A stretch of 64,000 nucleotides of DNA from Phoronis australis (lineage: Eukaryota; Animalia; Phoronida), in contig NMRA01000160.1 in assembly GCA_002633005.1 (NCBI GenBank), positions 331,640 to 395,639 of the forward strand, read 5' to 3'. This document shows, piece after piece, positions 26,601-37,055 of the stretch. The position numbers and the translations under genes were made by a program. Positions within the stretch are counted from its first letter, which is position 1. Each line of letters opens with the position of its first letter. A model generated the notes under the pieces. The model had not been told where the DNA came from. It did not search any database and was given only the letters and a program-made list of their open reading frames with translations.

Positions 26601-29600
26601 CTTGCTGGATCTTCAACCCTCTTAAATTCTTCAGAATCTTTCCACACACACAGGTTCTTGATGCTAAATCGGTGTTCGTAATCGTAGTCCTATTCAGTCC
26701 GGTCGTTGCCGTTTGAGGTCTGTCGTTGGACTCTTCTTGCATCCTCCCTCTCGGAGAGTCATGAGGTTGTCTTTCTGGTAATTTGGACGTAGCAATATGA
26801 ATGGGTGTGTCCTCGCGAACACTTCAGACGGACAGCTAATCCGAGCTGAACCCGATGCTGTCTTTCCACGCTGTCATCAGTCTCTCCTGATGTCCCTTGT
26901 CTTTTCAAGTGTCATCCATCCTATTCATGGAAGTCACGGCTTTGCCGATAACAAGAACTTACTTGAAACACTTGATGGAACTGTGCTCAACCGTCATCTT
27001 CAGCGCAGACGACCTCCCACAGTCCTTAATAGTTTCGTCCCTAAACCAAGACCATCTCTAGTAGGCGGGACAACAGAGTTGATCAGGCTCTGCCTGACTT
27101 TTGTTGATGGTATTGCTGTTGGTGCTTCATCCATATCCAACAAGATGCCTGTTCAGCTTCGGTGGCCACATCGCGGAGAAGAACTTTCTTTCCTGTCGCA
27201 GAGACGCCCAGAGACCTTGCCATAGCAGTAACCGAGCTGGCCGGAAAACCACAGCAACCAACCTCCACGGAAAAACTCCAACACCTCCAGCCGTTAACGT
27301 GGCAGTAATTACTATTTAATAAAAAATACTTCCATCAGCTCCAAATTCGAATGCTGTACTTTTGAGTAACCGGACCAATCACTTGAATGAGGTTTCCGTT
27401 TTCCCGTTTGAACTAGAGCCATGTACAGAAAATAGGCCATGATGAGTATAATCAACGTACATGTAAAACCAGGGAAGGTACACATGTGAAGATTCCTTTT
27501 GAAATATTTATAATGTTACGTAGCATAAGTGAAATACCCGTGATCCATAAGTTATCTTCCGACTCATCTCGAAAGTCGCACGATCGGCTGTCACTCAGGA
27601 GCCTGTGAACGTCTGAGTCGAAATAAAAGGGTAACTAGAACTCGAAAAATTGAAGTTCGCAAGGATTTATTCAGTTCTCAAACTCAAATTTCCTCTGGGG
27701 CCCGTCACTTCACAATTTACCACCAATTGCCCTTCAGTTTGGCGAGCACTCCGTGGGGCTGACTTACACGGCCACGATGCAAGTTATTAGAAGCGACAGC
27801 AGGAGTGAATCTGGCCTAATATAAGCTTCCGGCCCCCAAATGGGAAGTAAATGTGCTTGCCAGCGTTTTTTATCTCTGATGTCAGTGTTTTGGAAAAATT
27901 TGTATAGCCGGGCCACACCGTTTTTTTGGGGACTCGTATGCCAGCTGTATCTGTAGCCATGCCAATTTTAGTAACAGCTCTGTCAATTGTGTGAGCACTA
28001 TGACGTTTGCCCTCCTTCCCCTTAAACCCACCTCTGCTTTTCATTTATGAAAGGTTTGATTACTTTTTCAACCAGGGTAGCATGAAGCGAAGTGCAGAGG
28101 AATGCAGAAAGAAATATTTCAATGTTAAGCAAAGATGTATGTAGCTGTGAAACTTTACTCACAAATACCATATTTTGATTTTGTATTTTGTTGCTTTGTG
28201 TTGCGTATTCCACTGTTCGATCGAATAAAAATGCCAAAAAATATTTCTCACCATTGGGTATTGTTTCATTAAAAATCAAAAAACTAACTGAACATAAAGA
28301 AAAATCCTGTCATTTATTGAATATAATGACCCATGGAAAGGATGAATTGTTTGCCAACAACTACCGACAATTTATATATAATGAAAGCTTAACTCTGTAT
28401 AACTAATAATAATTGCAACCTTCTTTGAATAATGTCCCCTCTCTCTATAAAAATCATCTCTTAGCACGTTTTTTGCTTCCCTTGAATAGCCAAGGAAAAG
28501 TTAGATGCTGCACGAAAAAGTGCCAAAAAAATGGAGGACCACCAGTGCAAGACCTCAATAACAGAGACCAGACCATTCTTACTCACCTGGAAACTAGGCC
28601 GGAGGTCTCTGGCATTTCTGGCGGGCTGGAGACCGATAGTAGGTTGCATTGAATACTTCGACTATTTGCCGCGACATATACCGTGTCGGCTCGATTAAGC
28701 GCCCAGATGCTGGAGAGGTAATGGAACACTTAACTATGGGGAAACGGCACACGTGGAAAGCTTTATAGCTATTTTTGTTATAGACCTACGTTAGCTTCCC
28801 CGGCGCTTGTGGTAATTAAAACCCCAGTGGTTATTCAAGACCCGGCGCAAATTTTACAATGAACTTTTATCACGCGGCGTTAAATCGAGACTGGCGCTTA
28901 TTCAGCTCCCGGCCCTTAATGAAGCCGATACCTTATACGAAATATGGAGAACACAAAAACATGAAATGTTACGCTTTTATCCCACAATTTCATGCCAGTT
29001 AGTTGCTGACATCAATCTATGGAACTTAAAGAAGACGGAAAATTCCAGTAGTACACTTCAACATAATTTTGTCTCAGTTCAGAATATTTATCAAAGCTTA
29101 GAAGGAAATGATACTCGTCTTCTACAACACTGGGGTAGAAGAGACACACCCTGTTTGCCCTATCCAAATTCAAGTGCCTGCCTACTCCAATCATGAGACT
29201 GAGAAGTTTGAATCAATACCAGATCAGGGCAACATAGTACTTAGTAAATAAAGGCAACCGCCCACATTCGCTAAGGACAGCTGAGCATGACAAAACCCAC
29301 GCTTACAAAATTGATGCACTTGTTCTAACCAGTTGCATACTTGAAAGCCCCATATTTTGGCTCCATAGCACAAGGTACATGTAGGGTAAATCATTTCACA
29401 GTAATTCGTTAGCACGGAAATGGTGCAAGTAGCAAAATTCCATTAAAATACGGTTTTAAAAAACGGCCACTGTGGTGTTTACTAAGCCTTTACTTGTCAT
29501 TAAATGTCTTTTAAAATTTCAACTTTGTAATAAAAAACGAAAGTGTTAAAAATGAGACATATAATTTATTTTTCTTAGCTCCATAGAATTTCAATTACGA

Positions 29601-31071
29601 AAGAAAAATCAATATTAGAGAACGTGTACTTCACAACCTGCGTGCGCGGAACTGTCACCCAAACAGCACACTTCAGTGTTTGAGAACTTTCAGTTGATGT
29701 GAAAGTTTTAATGACTTTATTTCATATCTTAATTCTGTTACACTATATTTCAGAACATCCTGAATGCAGCAGTGGTATGACCCCAGTTTCCGGAAGTCAT
29801 GAATCTGAGAGTTAGTATACATTTGATGCCGTTTGTCTCTCTTCGACTCTGTGCATATGAACAGATACTTTTAAGGCTCCATCGACGTTCAAGCATCATA
29901 AATTATTAATGTTACACATTTACGTGGGTTACTCTACAACTGTCACAGGAACAACACTATTGTAAAATTTTGAACCAGAAGTTGCGTTGTTGCAATCTTT
30001 GAATGGAAATATGCCAGTTTTAGCAGTCTCTGTTGGTTACAATTTGATGAAAATTTTGTGTTGATATAGTTATTTCCCAAAATACAAAAAATCGAATTTA
30101 TCTGTTTTGCAGACATCAGCCGGAGTCCCCAAGACTCGGGAGTGTTGCAACTGGAGACATCAAGAAGTATGTCTTAATATTTTCTGTAATGTTTCTACTT
30201 AGCCTTTACACTCACTGTTGATTAATTCAGTTCCTTTTCAATAAGCCAGGTGTTCATCGCAATTGCATCTTACGATGGTACGCGTTAGCTTTCTGAATAA
30301 AAACTATATATACATGTAATCACATGAAATTCTTGCTTATAACGCTACTCCAAATTAAGGGTATTGTCAACTTTCGTGGGCGCCACCGACTTTAAATCAA
30401 ATAAATTAACAATTCAATATTAACCCAAAGAAGTGTTTTCTGATTACTCAATGGCAGATGAACTTGAATCTATGCACTAACATTTCAAGCCTTTGTTCTG
30501 AGTCACGTGAGCTTTTTTGTGGAATTTTTTGACTCTATTACCTCGACTATAGGGCATATAACAAATGTACAATTTTTCATACGAATCCATGCACGTGTTG
30601 AAAAAACTCATGTTCAAATTTGTCACAAAAAAAAACTCTCAGAATACTTCTCTGATGTTTCTAACTACAGTTTCTGGTTCGTTTTTCATGGAGGATTAAA
30701 AATGTATATACCCTGTACTTTCATGGATTGACATTGAACAGACGTGATGAAACGTGACTGACACTCGTGAAGCAATACCCTCAGGATGAACATGTCTTCT
30801 AACGGAAATTTTACTGTATAACCTGTTGTGCTCTGAGCCTGTATTTGTTCTTATAGTTTTCACTACTTCTTTTACAGTGACACAGAAATCAAGAAAACAC
30901 CTTATAGATTTAGCCGTATTGGAAAACACGAGATTGGACAATGAACGGTTGAAGTTACATTTAGAATTGCTGAAGCAAGAAAAAGAAGTATTATTGCTGC
31001 AAAAAATTCAGAGATCCAATGCAATTCTCAGAGACTTCCCCAACATTATGACTGGGCCTGATCAAGAGTGA
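20672..31071 (+). CDS. Spliced Harbinger Myb/SANT-like DNA-binding protein (NAIF1/MSANTD type) with one frameshift
   Basis: Phase-compatible GT-AG exons at 20672-20679, 24217-24405, 28054-28136, 28490-28638, 29754-29810, 30113-30166 and 30878-31071. They give MESNRQ..KKRKLWNGEEELLLLEKV..SWEEIA..KRSAEECRKKYFNVKQRSKEK..GGPP..GISGGLETD and a C-terminal coiled coil. One base is missing at the A-run near 28531. Confidence 0.75.
23968..24122. mobile_element. Small MITE (CAGTGGCGGAT...CCCCTG)
   Basis: Inverted relative of 549-704; exact 5-bp flanking duplication GAATG. Confidence 0.75.
24831..25446 (-). pseudogene. PD-(D/E)xK restriction-like endonuclease domain of the retrotransposon ORF
   Basis: ORF 24831-25391 has the RPD, ELTIPWE and KY motifs. 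The RHNQVL motif lies just upstream in the same frame. Confidence 0.85.
25447..26187. other. Assembly gap
   Basis: N run. Confidence 1.
26188..26742 (-). pseudogene. N-terminal part of the RLE retrotransposon ORF
   Basis: Open frame with a Cys motif and RIKW..W..LDDDL, running into the gap. Confidence 0.75.
28990..29410 (-). mobile_element. Degenerate LINE ORF2 3' fragment
   Basis: Pieces CYGAKIWG..LEQVHQFCK and GRHLNLDRANRVCLF..VEDEYHFLL..KYSELR. Confidence 0.65.
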
Positions 31072-33191
31072 AACTCAAAAGGGGTTTGTTTTTTTCAAAA
31101 AAAATAGAACGTTTTGTATTTCGGCAAAAAGAAGAGTGAGGTCATGGCTTGAGTGCGGGTGAGAATTATATTAGGGTATTACCAATACTAATTATCAACT
31201 TAAAAATGTTTTAATTTATATTTAACTACTGTTTGTTAGTCTTTGTATGAGTTAGGGTTACAAATTATAAATGTTTTAATTTATTGTTATCTAAGTTAAG
31301 TACTCTAATTATAATTTCATCGCTTTATTCTCGTTAGCTGTTTCATAATTCATGATGTGTTTGTGAATTATTTAAAGTCGTTTGACATTGTTTTTGAAGA
31401 ACTTTTGACTAGTTTAATTGATAGATAGTTCAAATTTTGACACTTGTTCAGTATTGAAATTTTTAGCTATCCAGAATAAAAAGAATGTTAGAAAGACCCT
31501 TCGTGCATGTGTTTTACTTAACTCCATTTTAAAGAATGCCGATCGGTCAACAATTCACAATATTTAAGTACAATTCCCCACAGCTACGATGTTTTCACAA
31601 ATCGCCTATTTCAAAATTTAATAAAACAAATGTGGGGAACTGATAGCAGGAAGAGTGGATAGCGCAACAACATTGAAGGAACTTTTAACAATCGGTTTTG
31701 GCCATAGCATAAACAAAAAAGATCGAGCGACTTTCAAGCAATTTATTTATTATTGACAATATTTTGAGAGACAAAACAGAGCGAGTGATCTTACTGTATA
31801 CAAGTAAATATCAAATCGAAGAAAAAAACGCCTCTTGATATATGTTTTTGCTATCACGAGAGAATTAACTAAACTGATTTCGTACGACTTGCTACCGAAC
31901 TTGCCGACCGTCCTCCAGCTCTGAGGGACCCTCACGTCCTCTTCTCCCTCTTCATCAGTGCCTTTCGCCCACGACTCACATAATTATGTCCCCCTCTCGA
32001 TTCCTACATGTACGTTATGAAGTATGGCACACGCAACTACAGCTTGACATGCCTTGTGAGGGCTCACTCGTAAAAAACTATGTAAGCAAGCAAACCGCCT
32101 TTTCAAAATTCCAAACGTTTGCTCTATGCAAACTCTTGCTCTGCACAGCGCTGTGTTGAACGCTTTTTCGGCATTGTCAGCAGTGTTGAGAAAGGGTGTC
32201 ATCAGGAATGGCCGACACAGGTATCCTGAATCCCCTACCAAATAACCTCTATGCTCCCCTGCATTAAACAGAAAACGAAAGAGTCTGTGAATGGAATGTC
32301 AAGAAGCACGAACGAAATGGTCACTAAGTCATGCTTGTAGCAGGGGGCCACGGTTCTGGACGTACTACTCGTCCAGTACTTAAGGGTCCGTCTTGGCAAG
32401 AATTTGGCGACCGCCTGCAAGCGGGACTCACACCCATGAAATGTGCTGTAACCTGTTCAACAAATACACTTTTTCCATTATGACAAACGAGCCCCCTCCC
32501 TCCCCTGAGGACCAAAATGGGATCTTAGAACCAAAATGGGAAGGGAACTTTTCGTCCCTAGCAGATGAAAATGTTGGGTTCACTTCGATCAGATTGAACA
32601 ATTGAGGACTAAAAACAGCGTTTGGCAGACGGAGCAGTTTGGAAACTGGAAAAGGCAGGCTATAGGCTTGGATCACTGCGACTGAGCCATGCAAAGGTCC
32701 ACATTTCCACACTTCGCGCCCCCATTTCAATCGCTGTCTGCTGGCTTGAACATTTTACGTTCTGCAATAGTCTTAATGCATGTTTCAGTAAGAACATTGC
32801 CTTAATTTCAACGCGTTTAAATTTTCATTTGATAGTCCACGTAATAGTAAAACACGTAACACCATATTAATTTATTATACCTTGTTCAAAGTGATTACAT
32901 AAAGTAGACGTCCGAAAGATGCGACTGTCATGGACACTACCCGGCAACTTTGCCACACAACTTGTTTTACGGAAAGTGGAATCACAGCACAACTGCAATG
33001 GGATTAAATTACTAGGTTTTAAATCTATCATATTTATCGAATACATATTTTCACTTCGCCTCATGAAGGCGGAACTTTTGAAATACCCAAGGTTGCTGGC
33101 ATGCCCAGTGTTTTCTTTTTTTTGAACTTATATGTGCAGAACCTCTCGCTGTTACAATATGTTGTTCATTCCCTGAGCAACATTTTTCTAC

Positions 33192-34698
33192 AGACCCAAT
33201 TCACGCCGAAACGAGGCGCGTTCCAAAACGAGGCTCGCTTCGATAGCTCTGTTGGCTTAGTCGGCATATTCAGGGTTGTATTCCGCGTTGGTCCGGCGGA
33301 CGGGCTTGAAAAATACGGACACTCAACTGTCTGTTTACAATCCCTATGGACGTTGAGATTTGAAAGCGTTGAGTCGTTGCCATACACCGCGACGAAGGAA
33401 AACATGTCCGTGTAAAATTTAAAAGTTTTCGAAAAGTTAGATCGTATTTTGTCGCATCTCGGTTGCCGAGCATCATAGCAAAGACCGGAGAATCTTCGGC
33501 CAGCCAGGCTGTGTTTTCATGACTACGGGTTGAAAGATGATGCATTTTTCTTTCCAAAAAGGACAGGGCCCTCAATCCCTCGATTTTGGGGCCGAATATT
33601 AGCCTTATTCCCCTTTCAAAAATATTGAAAAATTCCCCGAAATGCCCCGGCCCCACGAGGCCTAAAAATCCCATAGGGTTAGAAAAGCTCTCTCCGACTC
33701 AAGTTCAAATCACCTCTAACCACACAAGTGACAATTTGAAAGAGCACAAAATGCTACTTGAGAGAGAGCCTATGAGAGCTTGCAACAGGGCGCCGAGCGG
33801 GGGGGAGGGTGCTATTGATGATGATCGGAAGGTAGAATTTCCCTCTCTCAGAAGGCATAGGCACCTTTTCCCTTGGATGAACGAAGCCCCTGAAGAAACA
33901 TGATAACTATGCTTGCTCTGTCCAGTTAACTAAAATTGAGCTCTAAAACGAGGTTATGCTTTGGACGAACGAATCAGGTGTTATAATTTTAAAATTCAAC
34001 TTGGTCCAGATTGATATTTGAAACCTATTACATGAAATAGACGTAAGAATTATTAAAACCAAGAAAGCAGAATTGATGGTCAAATAATTACTTGTGAATG
34101 TGTGCAAGGGAGTGAATGAGAACCTGGATATAATGCCAAAGCGGGGCTGATCAGTGAAAAATCAACTGTTAATCCCGGTAGACCCTACCTCACCAGGACC
34201 TAGGCTATGCTTGTTGTTAATATTCTTGATCAACAAATTAAACCAGATGTGACTAATTGCACATGGCAGCAAAATGCGATGAGTCACCACTATCAAATAT
34301 ATCTTCAACTCGTCAACAATACAAGCAGATAACCTGGTTCGTGTAGAAAGCATTTTTATCAACAATTTGCAAGAAGAAAAGTTACCCTACATTCAGCCTA
34401 ATACCTAATCCGTAACAATACGATCGCCGCTGTTTGGTCATATTTACTTTTCATGTTTCGAACCTAGTTTTCCGAAAAAAACTTATACCCTTTCGTCAGA
34501 TAACTCTTTGGTGCATTGACTTGCTCTCTAATGTATTTTTCTACGTCTCTGTGGTTAATTATCGACACATTTTTAAAATTCAATATCCAGGTTGGACTCG
34601 ATAGACCGGCCATTTAACTCACGCAATGTCAACTTCGGCTTTGTTTATCGCAGTGAGCCTCGCTTTGGATTTTAATGTCCGCCGCGTGAATTGGGTCT
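33192..34698. mobile_element. Non-autonomous DNA transposon with AG..CT ends and a 2-bp TSD (ISL2EU-like)
   Basis: TIR AGACCCAATTCACG extends imperfectly to about 55 bp; AC on both flanks; lies in transposase intron 2. Confidence 0.65.
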
Positions 34699-36058
34699 AC
34701 AGACATATTAACTGAACGTTGATGGAATGATACATCTTCCTGTTGACAAAGACATAACTATTTACGACTGACGGTCTCGCAACTCTTACGTGTGTACAAT
34801 CAATTGCTGATAGAACATTCGGAAAACCTGCAACGAATGAAAAACGAAAATTACAAACACTTGTATTGAGCTAATAAATGTTACAAATGTAAATCAGACA
34901 ATTTTGCTCTTTGTAGCGCTACATCAGCCCAGCGCTCAAACTAATCACCCCTCCCTAGACACTATTTTTCCTTCAAAATTTGACCCCGAAACATTGGATT
35001 GTGAATCGTTCCACTGCCGCAGGCATGAACAACAAAAATAGGGATAGACCATAAGGGAAAGAAATGATAACAAAAAAATAATAAAAAGACAAAAAAGAAG
35101 GAATCCGTCGACTGCTAGCCTGACTACAAGCATTCACGGCTACTGTTCTATTTTCCTGAAGGCAATGATCTAAAGACGCCCCTTTGAAAAGTGTCCGTTT
35201 TCAATGGTGATTTGCTCGCCAACGAATTTAGCCCTCCCCCCAATCCATTTTGCCTTAAGTCAGGCCTGTGTATGAGAAACTTATCAAATGTGGCACATCG
35301 GTAGTGTGCAATTTCAATCAGCATTAACAATGAAAAGCGTCGTTTTTTTTACTGACAGTGCAGGTACTGCGTGGAGTCAAAAATTGTCCCAGATAACACC
35401 CAAGAACCATCCAAACTCGTGTGACAAACATATTGGACATTTGTTCCAGAAATTGAATTTGAATTATTCTATAAAAGATTTGCTTTTCGCTTTCTTTTTA
35501 CCATTGTTAGGAATCACTTAACGATACTCTCGCTTTAATGAGTGATGATTTGCAAATACAACAGCATTAGGTCAAAGAAAGCAAATCTTTAAAGACTATA
35601 AAAAATTGGTTTTCATAATTTTGACAACTCAATACCCCTGAAATAACTCTGGCTTCCCCGCGAAAACGAAATAGCATTGTACCGATCGAGATGCAATCTT
35701 TTGCTCTACTACTGTTTAGGCATAAATTTAGTAATGTCTCTCCAAACTGTAAATGTGGTGACCATCAATCTCATCCTCATGTTTTCTTCAAATATGTCCT
35801 CATCAAATACCCGAGAAAATCAAATCACACTTTCGTGCACTCAATGAAAACAAACTAATAATTGTAAGTGCTTTCAATTCCTGTAACAGCATCTCTACTA
35901 AAGTTACATTATTATTAAATGGTAGTTCAAACTTCGACCTTTTCCTCAATGAATTCCTCTTATAAGCAGTGTTAGTAATTTTTTATGCTCGCTTATTAAT
36001 CTTGTTACTTCTGATTTCTATATCTGTGCATGTTTTTGTTTTCAATATGTTCGTAATA

Positions 36059-36786
36059 CAGTGGCGGATCTAGGATATCACAAGGGGGGGCAACATTTTG
36101 TCCGGCTGTAAGCATTTTCGCAAACCACGATTGTAGATGCGCATAGCACCGAATGGGGGGAGGTCGGGAGGGTTTTTTTCTGTTTTTTCCTCTAAAAATC
36201 AAGCATTTTCCTTGAATTCTGATGTATTATCCAAGAAAAAAAGACAAAAAATTTAAAAAAAAAAAAAACACGGAGAACATGTCACACAAGAAAAACTGCG
36301 ACTTCCACAGACTCGAACTCTCGATTTGGCTCTTAGGACGCGCGTGCTTTACCACTACACCACCACGATTTCAATAAAAAACTCGAACTAAGAGACCTAC
36401 TTGTTTATGGTCCACAGCGTTTGCCCGCGAAACCTTCTACTTTTTGTAATGCTTATTACACGTTTTATATTTTGTGCAATCGGTTCTTAACAAATTTGTT
36501 GTATTTAAAATAGTCTTCAAATGCCCAAAAGACCAAATCCGTTTTTCGTGTTGGCAATAATGACGGGATTGCTTTGGAAATCGTCTTAAGTTAAAGTTTG
36601 ACAAAGAGAGAATTAGTGAGTTTCTGAGTGATTCACTAAGGATTCGATTAAAATTCACATCTTACCAGCAGCTTCTGTTTTTTCATCGTCACTCAGGTTC
36701 CATTTTCTTTAAAAAATGAAGTAAATTTTCTTCATTCCACAGTGGAGCAGACGACGGAAACGGAGTGGTAGTGCGCAGCGCCACTG
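36059..36786. mobile_element. hAT-like non-autonomous fragment (CAGTGGCG...CGCCACTG)
   Basis: 8-bp inverted ends; no TSD seen; adjacent to a gap. Confidence 0.4.
36295..36369 (-). pseudogene. tRNA-derived sequence (pseudo-tRNA or SINE head)
   Basis: A box TGGTGTAGTGG and B box GAGTTCGAGTC are followed by TTTTT. The acceptor stem does not pair. Confidence 0.55.
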
Positions 36787-36798
36787 CCGGTCGCCTGG

Positions 36799-36816
36799 NN
36801 NNNNNNNNNNNNNNNN
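36799..36816. other. Assembly gap
   Basis: N run. Confidence 1.
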
Positions 36817-36961
36817 CCCCCAAACACTAAAACTGCACACATTTAAATCTTTTTTCATCCGCATAATTTTAATTACCGGGGCAAATTAATAAACTCAACA
36901 TTTCCCTACGCTCTTGCTAGCTGTTTTAGTTTTTTTTTTGCGGCAGCCAAGGGGGGGGCCC

Positions 36962-37055
36962 ATATTTAGATAAGCTATTACATAGGCGGATTTAGGGGGG
37001 GGCAGGGGGCCCGCCCCCCCTAAATCTGCCTTGGTGTAATAGCTTATCTAAATAT
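36962..37055. repeat. Near-perfect 94-bp palindrome
   Basis: Outer arms atatttagataagctattaca / tgtaatagcttatctaaatat enclose aggcggatttaggggggg / ccccccctaaatctgcct. Confidence 0.9.

Larger units (their letters stand above)
24708..27306 (-). mobile_element. RLE-clade (HERO/R2-like) non-LTR retrotransposon with a ~350-bp direct terminal repeat; RT region falls in an assembly gap
   Basis: N-terminal zinc-finger-like CVCGKILKNLRGLKIQQGKMKC; C-terminal restriction-like endonuclease RPDLILYS..IILIELTIPWE..AHERKNLKY..VEVGCRGF; 24708-25054 is repeated at 26955-27306. Confidence 0.85.

Noticed and set aside
25381-26742. Long ORF-track entries spanning N runs (also 60054-60996)
   Set aside because: These are artefacts of translating gaps; only the sequenced ends were interpreted.
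32285-32760. Possible SINE or transposase remnant in transposase intron 3
   Set aside because: Only vague motifs; no A box, termini or continuous frame could be supported.
35640-35970. Possible LINE C-terminal remnant (SPNCKCG..H.FF)
   Set aside because: Too short and degenerate to call confidently.
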